Shown: positions 44,431 to 53,668 of the stretch, in pieces | Layout: every line of letters begins with the position of its first letter | Position numbering within the stretch: the first letter of the stretch is position 1 | Assembly (NCBI GenBank): GCA_964594965.1 | Contig: CAZQMX010000002.1 | Coordinates: 44,306 to 108,305 of the forward strand | Length of the DNA: 64,000 bases | Reading direction: 5' to 3' | Origin: an uncultured Candidatus Saccharibacteria bacterium | GTDB taxonomy: Bacteria; Patescibacteriota; Minisyncoccia; Portnoybacterales; UBA2143 | Translations under genes and position numbers: made by a program | Notes under the pieces: model-generated | The model's database searches: none | Seen by the model: only the letters and a program-made list of their open reading frames with translations | Told to the model about the DNA's origin: nothing

Positions 44431-45762
44431 ATGGGGACGAGTGGGTCAGCTAATGATGAGTGGGTTGAATTGTATAACAGCGCCGGTGAAGAAGTTGATT
44501 TAACCGGCTGGGCTTTGAAAGCGGTTGATGGAATACCGGAAATAGGTTTATCAGGAACAATATCCCCTCAGGGATATTTTTTACTTGAACGAACCGATGA
44601 TACCAGTGCCCCCGATGTTGTGGCTGATTTAATCTATGTTGGCGCTCTGTCCAATACCGGAGAAGAATTAGGGCTCTATGACAGTGGGAATAATTTAATT
44701 GATTCAATTGATGCTTCTTCTGGCTGGGATTTTGGCGATAATTCAACCAAACAAACTATAGAAAAAACTGATTCTGGCTGGCAGACCAGTTTAGAAATTG
44801 GTGGAACGCCCAAAGCAGAAAACAGCAATCAGGAAGAATCAGGAGAATCAACCAGCGACGGAACCCCTTCATTTAAGCCGGCAAGTGATTATCCGCCAAC
44901 TGCCAATGCCGGACCGGATATTACTGCTCTGGTCGGACAGGAAATATTTTTTGACGGCAGTCAGTCATCTGATCCGGACTGGGATAAATTAAATTTTTTC
45001 TGGAATTTTGGCAATGGAGCAACCAGTACCCAGGAAAAAATTACTCACGCCTATGATTATCCCGGTCAATACATTGTTTCTCTTTCTGTTGAAGATGATA
45101 AATTCACCCATATTGATATTGCTCTGATTAATATCTATTCCGAATCGGTTGTGATTAGTGAATTTGACCCTAACAACAACTGGGTTGAATTGTATAATCC
45201 GAAGGAGGAAATTGCTAATTTAACTGGTTGGAAATTAAATGATTTCACTTTTCCGGAAAACACCTTTGTTGCTCCGAATCAATTCCTTGTTTTAAATCAT
45301 CAATCCAATTCCAATTCAATCCAACTTTTTTATCCTGATGGCTCTTTGGCCAGTCAAGTTGATTATTCTGAAAAAAAAGAAGGTTCCTGTATTGCTTTTG
45401 ACGGCAATGACTACTTTTGGACAAAAATTCCGACTCCTTCCGCAACTAATATTATTAGTTCAACCGGTCTGGAAAACGGAAACCAAAAGATTCTGAATAA
45501 TCCGGTCATAAAACAAAGCCGGGAAATTCCTAACCCGGATAATTCAGTTATTAATCTCGCTCAAAGTAGTAATCTTTCTGTTCTCGAGTCGGATGATATG
45601 ATAGAAGATAATCCGTATTCTCAGCAATCAGCTTCTTTATCTCAAACCGCTTCTTCAAGCCAGAAATCCAAATTAATTTTAATCATTTCAATTATCATTT
45701 CCGGTTCTCTTTTAGTCAGTTGGGGCCTGATTTTAATCAAAAACAGGGTCAAAACTCATTGA
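44431..45762 (+). CDS. Lamin-tail-domain + PKD surface protein with C-terminal TM (true start probably upstream)
   Basis: EWVELYN twice; FDGSQSSDPD..WNFG.G PKD motif. Confidence 0.85.
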   Translation: MGTSGSANDEWVELYNSAGEEVDLTGWALKAVDGIPEIGLSGTISPQGYFLLERTDDTSAPDVVADLIYVGALSNTGEELGLYDSGNNLIDSIDASSGWDFGDNSTKQTIEKTDSGWQTSLEIGGTPKAENSNQEESGESTSDGTPSFKPASDYPPTANAGPDITALVGQEIFFDGSQSSDPDWDKLNFFWNFGNGATSTQEKITHAYDYPGQYIVSLSVEDDKFTHIDIALINIYSESVVISEFDPNNNWVELYNPKEEIANLTGWKLNDFTFPENTFVAPNQFLVLNHQSNSNSIQLFYPDGSLASQVDYSEKKEGSCIAFDGNDYFWTKIPTPSATNIISSTGLENGNQKILNNPVIKQSREIPNPDNSVINLAQSSNLSVLESDDMIEDNPYSQQSASLSQTASSSQKSKLILIISIIISGSLLVSWGLILIKNRVKTH

Positions 45763-45819
45763 CACTGACTCTTTGTCAATAGTATCATTAGTAGAGGAGG
45801 CTTTTTTAATATACATACT

Positions 45820-46362
45820 ATGTCCGGTCATTCAAAATGGTCTTCAATTAAACACAAAAAAGCAATTACCGACGCCAGACGGGGTAAGATTTTTTCTAAA
45901 ATATCCCGTTTGATTAGCGTTGCTGCTAAAGAAAAAGGCGGTGATCCGGAAAGTAATTCTAAATTAAGATCGGCTATTGAACAGGCCCGTCAGGTCAATA
46001 TGCCCAAAAGCAATATTGAGAAAGCGATTAAAAAAGGAACTGGCCAGGTCAAAGGGGCTCAAATGGAAGAAATTATCTATGAGGCCTATGGCCCTTCAGG
46101 CATCGCTTTAATTATTACCGGCATCACTGATAACAAGAACCGGGCAACAGCTGAAATCAGACACATCTTAACCAAATTTGATGGAAAGCTGGCTCAGGTT
46201 GGCAGTGTCCGATATATGTTTAATAAAAAAGAGGAGGACTGGGAACCAAAATATCCTGTTGAAATTGCTGACGAAAAAACAAAAAAAAGACTGGAAAAAC
46301 TTTTTGAATCCCTGGATGAAAATGATGATGTCCAGGAAATCTATTCTAATTTAAAAATGTGA
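45820..46362 (+). CDS. YebC/PmpR family protein (short form)
   Basis: MSGHSKW..IKHKK, YEAYGP.G, TDNKNR and DDVQEIYSN motifs. Confidence 0.95.
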   Translation: MSGHSKWSSIKHKKAITDARRGKIFSKISRLISVAAKEKGGDPESNSKLRSAIEQARQVNMPKSNIEKAIKKGTGQVKGAQMEEIIYEAYGPSGIALIITGITDNKNRATAEIRHILTKFDGKLAQVGSVRYMFNKKEEDWEPKYPVEIADEKTKKRLEKLFESLDENDDVQEIYSNLKM

Positions 46363-47045
46363 CTATCTCTAAGGCAAATAAAATAAATTCGGGAAAGAAG
46401 TATTCCGAGAATTGGAGGAAAAAAGTAAGTAAAGGGTGGTTTAAAAAAGAAGGCATTCCTTGGAATAAAAGCAAAAAGATGCCTATGGAGACAAGGAGAA
46501 AATTAAGTAGAGCCCTTAAGGGACGCAAGGCTTGGAATAAGGGAAAAACAATGCCGGAAGAAGTAAAAAAGAAGTTGAGTGAACTTCTTAAAGGAAAGCG
46601 TCGTTCACCCGAGACAGAATTTAAAAAAGGACAATATAAAGGAGACGGGAACCCAGCCAAAAGAATGGAAATAAGAAGAAAAATAAGTGAAGCCAAAAAA
46701 GGAAAACCACACTTCAATCAAAGAGGAAGAAATCACGGAAACTGGAAAGGCGGGATTACTCCTAAAAACGAAAAAATCAGGAAAACTCTAGAATATAAAT
46801 TATGGAGAGAAGCTGTCTTTGCTAGAGACAATTGGAGTTGTCGAAAATGTAGAAAAAGAGGAAGTAAATTAGCTTCACATCATCTCTATAACTTCGCCGA
46901 TTTCGCCAGATCACGAACCTCGATTGAAAATGGAATTACCCTTTGTGAAAAATGTTATAGAGAATTCCATAAAGTTTATGGCTTAAAGAGGAATACAAAA
47001 GAAAAATTCGAAGAGTTTTTAAGTTTGCCCAATCGTTATAAATAG
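46359..47045 (+). CDS. NUMOD3-repeat HNH homing endonuclease-like protein
   Basis: PWNK/AWNKG and E.RRKIS...KG repeats; WREAVFARDNW.C..C, HH and NGITLC..C motifs. Confidence 0.85.
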   Translation: MTISKANKINSGKKYSENWRKKVSKGWFKKEGIPWNKSKKMPMETRRKLSRALKGRKAWNKGKTMPEEVKKKLSELLKGKRRSPETEFKKGQYKGDGNPAKRMEIRRKISEAKKGKPHFNQRGRNHGNWKGGITPKNEKIRKTLEYKLWREAVFARDNWSCRKCRKRGSKLASHHLYNFADFARSRTSIENGITLCEKCYREFHKVYGLKRNTKEKFEEFLSLPNRYK

Positions 47046-47069
47046 ATAATTAAAATATATTTCATAAAC

Positions 47070-47546
47070 ATGACTATCTTAGGCGTAGACCCGGGAGTAG
47101 CCCGTGTAGGGTATGGTTTAGTTAAAAAAACATCAAATAATAATTTAAAACTGATTGACTATAATTGTATTGAAACCGATAAAGAATTACCGATTGCCCA
47201 GCGACTTAGCCAGATAGATAAACAATTGAAAAAGATAATCAAAGAAAACAAACCAGAACAGGTAGCTGTCGAAGATATTTTCTTTTTTAAGAATCTTAAA
47301 ACCGTAATTGCTGTTAGTCAGGCCCGGGGTGTTATTCTGGCCAGAGCGGCTAAAATGAGAATTCCTGTTATTGAATACACTCCCCTTCAGATTAAACAGG
47401 CCGTGACAAGTTACGGCCGGGCGGATAAAACCCAGGTTCAAAAAATGGTTAAATTGCTTTTAAAATTAAAACAAATTCCCAAGCCGGATGACGCTGCCGA
47501 CGCGCTGGCAACAGCCATCTGCTGCGCTCATTCTGTTTGTCAATAA
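47070..47546 (+). CDS. ruvC: Holliday junction resolvase RuvC
   Basis: ILGVDPG, QARGV, EYTP.QIK and DDAADALA motifs. Confidence 0.97.
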   Translation: MTILGVDPGVARVGYGLVKKTSNNNLKLIDYNCIETDKELPIAQRLSQIDKQLKKIIKENKPEQVAVEDIFFFKNLKTVIAVSQARGVILARAAKMRIPVIEYTPLQIKQAVTSYGRADKTQVQKMVKLLLKLKQIPKPDDAADALATAICCAHSVCQ

Positions 47547-47547
47547 A

Positions 47548-48210
47548 ATGTCATTTATCAGTCAATATTTAATCAATCAGGGAATGCCTGAGGAAACATT
47601 AATTCTTCTTTTAATGCTGCCAATTGTGGCAACCATTATTGCCTTTGCCCGCCAGGTCATTGGCATTAAGGGCTTTGGCATTTACACCCCTTTAATCATT
47701 TCTTTTGCTTTTTTAGCGACTGGTTTAAGATATGGCCTGGCTCTTTTTCTGATAATTCTCCTGGTCGGGACGATTATGAGGTTAGTTGTTAAAAAATTCC
47801 GCCTTCTCTATCTTCCCCGAATGGCAATTGTTTTAACAGCGGTTGCCGTTGTTGTTATTGCTCTTTTTCCCCTCGGAGCATATTTTGACCGAAATGGTCT
47901 GATTGGCGCTTCGATTCTAGCTATTCTAATTATGACAACCCTGGTTGAAAAATTTATTGTCGCTCAGATTGAAAGGGGTGCTCGGGGAGCAATCCTTTTA
48001 ACAACCGAAACTCTTTTTCTTTCCGTCATTTCCTTCTTTGTTATCAGCTGGATCTGGCTCCAAGGATTTGTCTTAATTTACCCTGCCTGGATTATTCTGG
48101 CTGCTGTTTTAGCCAATATTCTTTTAGGCAAATGGACCGGTCTTCGTTTAACTGAATACTTCCGTTTTAAGGAAGTTATCAAACATGCTGAAATTTCTGG
48201 AAAAAAGTAA
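47548..48210 (+). CDS. 7TM protein of the ATP-grasp/transglutaminase-associated family
   Basis: RQVIGIKGFGIYTP, LLYLPR and GKWTGLRLTEYFRF motifs; start at ATG 47548. Confidence 0.85.
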   Translation: MSFISQYLINQGMPEETLILLLMLPIVATIIAFARQVIGIKGFGIYTPLIISFAFLATGLRYGLALFLIILLVGTIMRLVVKKFRLLYLPRMAIVLTAVAVVVIALFPLGAYFDRNGLIGASILAILIMTTLVEKFIVAQIERGARGAILLTTETLFLSVISFFVISWIWLQGFVLIYPAWIILAAVLANILLGKWTGLRLTEYFRFKEVIKHAEISGKK

Positions 48211-49513
48211 ATACGTTCTGGGATTAAATGCCCGCAATCTGACTTATCTCCGGCCCTCCAATAGTTCGAGGGCTGTTCGGATTGCTGATAACAAGCTTTT
48301 AGCCAAGAGGATTTTGAAAAAAGCTGGCTTGCCGGTTTTGGATACTCACGCCACCATTTCTGACTCAAAAGAATTAAGGGAGTTTGACTGGAATTCCTTG
48401 CCGCCAACCTTTGTTTTGAAACCTAATCGGGGTCTGGGCGGTGAAGGCATTATCATTGTTTACGGCAAAAAAAAGAAAGCTCCTTATCCCTGGGTCAGGG
48501 CAGACCGGAGAACGGTTGAAATTGAAGACCTCGAAGATCACACCCAGAATATTCTGGATGGAACCTATTCTTTAACCGGTTTGCCTGATGTTGCCTTTTT
48601 TGAAGAAAGAGTCAAATTAATTAAACTCTTAAAGCCGTATTCTTTTAGAGGAATTCCTGATATCCGCATTATTGTCTATAACTCTGTTCCGGTTATGGCG
48701 GAAATGCGCTTACCAACCCAGGAATCAGGCGGTAAAGCCAATCTTCATTTAGGCGGCATTGGTGTTGGTATTGATATGGGCAATGGTATTACTACAACTG
48801 CTATTCAAAGAGACCGTTTGATTGAATACGCTCCTGGAACCCGACTTCCCCTTTCAGGAATTCATATTCCTGATTGGAAAGAAGTTCTTCGAATGGCAAT
48901 TTACGCCCAGCAGGCAACCCGAATTGGATTCCTCGGCATTGACATTGCTATTGACCGGGATAAGGGACCAATGATCCTGGAATTAAATGTCAGGCCGGGC
49001 CTATCAATCCAGATTGCTAATTTGACTCCTTTGGGAGATCGCCTCCAAAGGGTTAAAGGCCTTAAAATTAAAACTATTAATAAGGGGGTTAAAATTGCCC
49101 AGGATCTTTTTGGCGGTGAAATCGAGGAAGAACTTGAAGAAATCTCTGGCCGGAAAGTAATTGGCATTAACGAACCAATTGAAATTCTGGACAATGATGA
49201 AAACAAACATCCAACCATGGCTAAAATTGATACCGGCGCCTACCGGACAACAATTTGCCAGACCCTGGCCGATAAATTAAATCTGAATAAGATTATTAGC
49301 CACAAGAAAGTCAGAGGAGCATTAGGGATTGAAGAAAGACCGATTATTAACCTCTCTTTTATTTTAGATAAAAGACTAGTCACAACCGAAGCTTTTGTCG
49401 CTGACCGGAGCGAGATGAAATATGATATTATCGTCGGAAGAAAAGATTTGAAAAGGTTTTTGGTTGATCCGGCTAAGAACGTCTTTATGCGGGGGAAAGG
49501 ACGAGTTAGTTAA
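48185..49513 (+). CDS. Alpha-L-glutamate-ligase-like ATP-grasp protein fused to a C-terminal aspartyl-protease-like domain
   Basis: LGLNARN, GIPDIRII, GKANLH.GG and ELNVRPGL.IQIAN motifs; AKIDTGAYRT...IVGR. Confidence 0.88.
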   Translation: MLKFLEKSKYVLGLNARNLTYLRPSNSSRAVRIADNKLLAKRILKKAGLPVLDTHATISDSKELREFDWNSLPPTFVLKPNRGLGGEGIIIVYGKKKKAPYPWVRADRRTVEIEDLEDHTQNILDGTYSLTGLPDVAFFEERVKLIKLLKPYSFRGIPDIRIIVYNSVPVMAEMRLPTQESGGKANLHLGGIGVGIDMGNGITTTAIQRDRLIEYAPGTRLPLSGIHIPDWKEVLRMAIYAQQATRIGFLGIDIAIDRDKGPMILELNVRPGLSIQIANLTPLGDRLQRVKGLKIKTINKGVKIAQDLFGGEIEEELEEISGRKVIGINEPIEILDNDENKHPTMAKIDTGAYRTTICQTLADKLNLNKIISHKKVRGALGIEERPIINLSFILDKRLVTTEAFVADRSEMKYDIIVGRKDLKRFLVDPAKNVFMRGKGRVS

Positions 49514-49515
49514 TT

Positions 49516-51009
49516 ATGCTTATCAAAGACCTAGCCTCTCTAAAAGAATACTTTTCTCAGATTAAAACTCCGATATTTGGCGCCGGGGTCTATGTTTTTA
49601 ACCGGCTTGGCCTGGAAGATATCTATTCCAATTACCGGATTCTGGCCCTGCGCTATAGTTTGGATACCAAACTAATTGAAAAAGGCATTAAGGTTCTGTC
49701 TTTGGAAAAGGGAATGGGAACCAGGCATATCAGAGAGCCAAGAAATGCCACCACCGTTATTAGCCATTCTAAAACAAAAGAATACCTTAAGAAATTCCAA
49801 AATCCGGCTATTCTGGTTTATCAGCCGTCTAAAAAAATGGAAGAGGTTTGTCAGGAAAATGGATGGGAATTACTTAACAATCCGACAAGTTTTGGCAAAG
49901 ATCTATTGGAAAACAAAATCAAATTCAGAAGAATCTTAAAAGAATTAGGTATTGCTGTTCCGCCCGGAAAAATTGCTTCAGCTTCCAAACTTCATTACGG
50001 GCATTTGATTAATAGGTATGGGTTGCCTTTTGTTATCCAGCATCCAACCAAGGGCGGCGGCAAAGGAACTTTTTTCATCAACAACAAAGAAGATTTTGAC
50101 CAGGCCTACAAGAAACTTCATAAGAAATGGGACGAAGATAATGAAAAAGAAGTCACTCCGCCGGATGAAGTTATTGTTGCCCAGTTTATCCAGGGTTCTT
50201 CCCCTTCAATTACCGCCTGCGTTACAAAACATGGCGTTCTTTCAACCAATCTTCAGTATCAGATTCTTGATGCTCCGAAGTTATATAATCCGGAAAAGGG
50301 TTCTGGTCTTTTCTGCGGTCATGACTGGACAAGTTCCAGGTTTTCTGATTCAATCAATTACCAGGCCTACGAAGCTGTTGAAAAAATCGGCCAGTATTTC
50401 AAAGAGCTGGGCTACAAGGGAATTTTCGGCTTAGATTTTGTCCTTGACGAAAAAAAAGAAAAACTCTACATTGTTGAATGTAATCCCCGCTTTCTTGGTT
50501 CTTACCCGGTTATTAACATGGCTCAGTTAATAAACAACGAGCCGCCAATTCTGGCCTTTCATGTTTTGGAGTTTTTAGGAAATGATTACCAGATTGATAA
50601 AAATGAAATTAATTACCAAATGCGAAGAGAAAAAATCGGCGCTCAGATGATTTTGCATAATTTAACAACCAAATGGGCCAGAAATCACAAGCAAATTAAG
50701 GCCGGGGTTTACAAATTAAGGAAAAACAAATTAAAATACATCCGGGAGGGGTATGATTTAAAGCATTTAAGAGAAAAGGAAGAATTTCTTTTAGCTGACG
50801 GGGTTTCATTAAAACATTCCCATTTTAGTCCTAATCGCCGGCTTTGCCGGATCCTGACTCTTAATCAATGCCTTGCTGATGATTACAAGAATCTTAATCC
50901 CTGGGCAAAGCAGGTATCTGAAACAGTCTATTCTGCCTTTGAAATGAAACCAATCAAGTTTATTAAACTCAAAAAATTCTTTTTTCCTAATCTTTTAGCT
51001 AAAGGTTAG
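49516..51009 (+). CDS. ATP-grasp domain ligase
   Basis: ENKIKFR, GGGKGTFFI, GYKGIFGLDF and ECNPRF motifs. Confidence 0.82.
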   Translation: MLIKDLASLKEYFSQIKTPIFGAGVYVFNRLGLEDIYSNYRILALRYSLDTKLIEKGIKVLSLEKGMGTRHIREPRNATTVISHSKTKEYLKKFQNPAILVYQPSKKMEEVCQENGWELLNNPTSFGKDLLENKIKFRRILKELGIAVPPGKIASASKLHYGHLINRYGLPFVIQHPTKGGGKGTFFINNKEDFDQAYKKLHKKWDEDNEKEVTPPDEVIVAQFIQGSSPSITACVTKHGVLSTNLQYQILDAPKLYNPEKGSGLFCGHDWTSSRFSDSINYQAYEAVEKIGQYFKELGYKGIFGLDFVLDEKKEKLYIVECNPRFLGSYPVINMAQLINNEPPILAFHVLEFLGNDYQIDKNEINYQMRREKIGAQMILHNLTTKWARNHKQIKAGVYKLRKNKLKYIREGYDLKHLREKEEFLLADGVSLKHSHFSPNRRLCRILTLNQCLADDYKNLNPWAKQVSETVYSAFEMKPIKFIKLKKFFFPNLLAKG

Positions 51010-51014
51010 GCTCC

Positions 51015-52043
51015 ATGATTACATACTTTAATACAAAAAAAGAGATTAATCTCAAAGAATTTATCGGCCGGGGGGGTCGTTTTTTAATTCTGCATTTAAG
51101 GGAACTTAAAAAAAGGAATATTGATTGTCAGGTTCTTGTCCAGAAAAGAAAAGACAGGGATGATGTTCTTTTCTTGAAAATTAGAAAAGAAGGCAAGACC
51201 AGATGGCTTTCTCCTCAAAAAGGATATTTCAATACCAAGCAAAGCTGCGAACTGGCCCTTCACAAAGACCTGACTTACAAGATTCTTGAATCAGTTAATT
51301 TGCCTGTTCCTCAAAACTACAAGATTGAAAAAATCAGCCAATTAAAGAAAATAGATTTGTCTTATCCGGTTGTGGTTAAACCAACTGACCAGGCCAAGGG
51401 CAAAGGTGTCCTAATTGGCATTAAAGACAGGGAAGAATTGAAAAAATCAGTTAAAAGACTGCTTAAAAAATATTCTTCTTTGATTGTTGAAGAATACATT
51501 CCGGGAAATGATTATCGTCTTTTAATTCTGGATAAAAAACTCCTGGGAGCGATAAAAAGAACGCCGCCAAAAATTAAAGCTGATGGAAAAAGAACCATCC
51601 GGGAATTAATCAGAAAGGAAAACAAAAAAAGATATGATAGGCCAATTGCCTTTAAGCCCTACTCCAAAACACTGGAAATTGATTTAGAAGTTAAGAGATG
51701 CTTAAGAGAGCAAGGTTATTCCCTTAATTCAATTCCTAAAAAGGATGAAAAAATTATTGTCAGGAGAAATACTAATTTCTCGAGCGGTGGAGAAACATTA
51801 GATGTGACTAAAAAAGTTCATCCGGAGAATATTAAAATCGCCAAAAAGGCGATTAAATCTCTCGGACTTAAATTCGGCGGAGTTGATTTCGTTGCTGAAA
51901 AAATATCAGAGCCGATTAGCCGGAACAATGGTCGGATTGTTGAAATTAACGGTATTCCTGGAATTTGGATACATCATTTTCCAAATCACGGCCAAAGAAG
52001 AAACATTGCCAAGAAAATTATTGATTACTTGTTTGAAAACTAA
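51015..52043 (+). CDS. ATP-grasp ligase (cyanophycin synthetase/GshAB C-terminal-like)
   Basis: PVVVKP....GKGV, VEEYIPG.DYR, NFSSGG..DVT and EINGIPG motifs. Confidence 0.85.
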   Translation: MITYFNTKKEINLKEFIGRGGRFLILHLRELKKRNIDCQVLVQKRKDRDDVLFLKIRKEGKTRWLSPQKGYFNTKQSCELALHKDLTYKILESVNLPVPQNYKIEKISQLKKIDLSYPVVVKPTDQAKGKGVLIGIKDREELKKSVKRLLKKYSSLIVEEYIPGNDYRLLILDKKLLGAIKRTPPKIKADGKRTIRELIRKENKKRYDRPIAFKPYSKTLEIDLEVKRCLREQGYSLNSIPKKDEKIIVRRNTNFSSGGETLDVTKKVHPENIKIAKKAIKSLGLKFGGVDFVAEKISEPISRNNGRIVEINGIPGIWIHHFPNHGQRRNIAKKIIDYLFEN

Positions 52044-52063
52044 AAGTGTAATGTCTTGCTTTT

Positions 52064-52237
52064 TTAGGCCTTGTGAAAAAGGATCGCCAGTATGAAAGAA
52101 ACCACTGCGGCAAGAGCGTAGATTAATATCCCGGATGAATTGCCGTTAGCTATGACATGTCCGGAAATTGCCCCTACCCAGATGATTCCAAGAGTAAGCC
52201 AAAACATTGTAAAAAACTTACTAGTTTTTTTATTCAT
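52064..52237 (-). CDS. 57-aa two-TM membrane protein (not in ORF track)
   Basis: Manual translation MNKKTSKFFTMFWLTLGIIWVGAISG...SFILAILFHKA; TATAAT 6 nt upstream. Confidence 0.6.
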   Translation of the reverse strand: MNKKTSKFFTMFWLTLGIIWVGAISGHVIANGNSSGILIYALAAVVSFILAILFHKA

Positions 52238-52334
52238 ATTCCTATTATACCACCTTTGGAATAGGAACCAATCAAATTAACTGGGGAAAACTTTAACGGC
52301 AGACCTGTTTAAGTCTGCCGTCTTTTTAGATGAG

Positions 52335-52880
52335 TTAGTCAGGAACATTGCAATACGCGTAAGCAGCGCTTACAGCCTCCTGTATTTCTTCGAGACGCTC
52401 CTTTACCACGCGCCTCTTGGCCTCTTTTAACCTGGCGAGGAAAAAATCAGTCCAGAATTCGGGCATAGACGTTAGTTCGTCTTTATGGCGACCTGGCTCC
52501 AAGAGATCGAACGGATTACGGGTCGTGCCACCCCCTCCCCATAAATGGACTACATTGGCTTTGCCATCTTTTGTCACTAACGGCATTCCATTTTCATCGT
52601 ATTCCGGCAGAGTTGTAATCTGGACCCAAATCCGATAAGGAATACTAAAGACTTCTGTTGTATCAAAGACAATCAGAGAAACATTGGCTAATAAGGGTAA
52701 ATCTATGGACTCTAATCCAACAAGGACTGGCCAGATAAAGCTTTCTTCAAATAAAACAGTTCCTTTTTCATCGGTCGTTTTGTACTCTGCCATCTTTTCA
52801 CTATCAAACAGAGCAGTTGGAACCTGAGGATTCTGCCGAAGCGGCAAATGATTATGATCGGTATAAAACGCTATTTTCAT
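52335..52880 (-). CDS. Hypothetical protein
   Basis: AGGAGG SD before ATG 52880; own terminator at ~52295-52328. Confidence 0.7.
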   Translation of the reverse strand: MKIAFYTDHNHLPLRQNPQVPTALFDSEKMAEYKTTDEKGTVLFEESFIWPVLVGLESIDLPLLANVSLIVFDTTEVFSIPYRIWVQITTLPEYDENGMPLVTKDGKANVVHLWGGGGTTRNPFDLLEPGRHKDELTSMPEFWTDFFLARLKEAKRRVVKERLEEIQEAVSAAYAYCNVPD

Positions 52881-53007
52881 GGTGTCTTCCCTCCTTTTCG
52901 GTATTCTGATTTGAAGAACATTAATTTGAGACAAGGATACAATAATGTTTGTCAAAAGTAAACAAAAAAAAAACCGATTAGGGTTGGTTTGTAATCACCA
53001 AAAGAGT

Positions 53008-53573
53008 TTAAAGTATAATTTTTAGCAGTTCAGGAAATCGTTCTGTCTTCATATCTCCATAGGTAAAATGACCCATATTTTTGAACTGATGTATTTCTGC
53101 TTTAGAAAAGGTTTTTTTATTCTGTCTACTGATTCTTTTACTCCTTCTATATCTTCGTCCTCTGATATAAGTATATGGATTTCTTTAGCTCTTTCTTGAA
53201 TACCAGAATCAATAGAAAAATCAAAGAAAGATGATGTTCTTCTTTTGTTTGGATCCAGCCAGGGCGCAACCAGAACAAGTTTGCTTATTTTAACCTTGTT
53301 CTCGGTTAGCCATCGTACCAAAAATCCTCCACCAAAACTATACCCAACCAATATCGTGTCTTCGCCAATATTAAATCGCTCAAATTCCTTTACCCATTTT
53401 TGGTAGTTTGGGTTATAAGCCCTTGGCATTTCGGGCGTCTGCGTAAATACATCTTTTATTAATAATTGTTTTTGTAGCCAAGGAAGCCAATGACTATTAG
53501 AAAGCGATGGGTAAGTATCACTAAAATACTCTTCCCTGTCACAACTACCATGAATAAGTATCGCATTTTTCAT
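53008..53573 (-). pseudogene. RBBP9/YdeN-family alpha/beta hydrolase, frameshifted near the 3' end
   Basis: LIHG, WLPWL, GYSFGG and LVAPW motifs; catalytic GHF only in a shifted frame after an A7 run at 53112-53118. Confidence 0.75.
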
Positions 53574-53579
53574 ACTCCA

Positions 53580-53625
53580 ATTATACCCTCCCCAAACAAA
53601 AAAACCAATTGGGATTGGTTTTGGG
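53580..53625 (-). repeat. Repeated terminator+promoter module
   Basis: 30 bp identical to 54391-54420; 27 bp identical to 56021-56047; variant at 52960-52990. Confidence 0.85.
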
Positions 53626-53668
53626 ACTTAAAACTAGTAACTGTAATTTACAATTAATTTGTTTCTCT

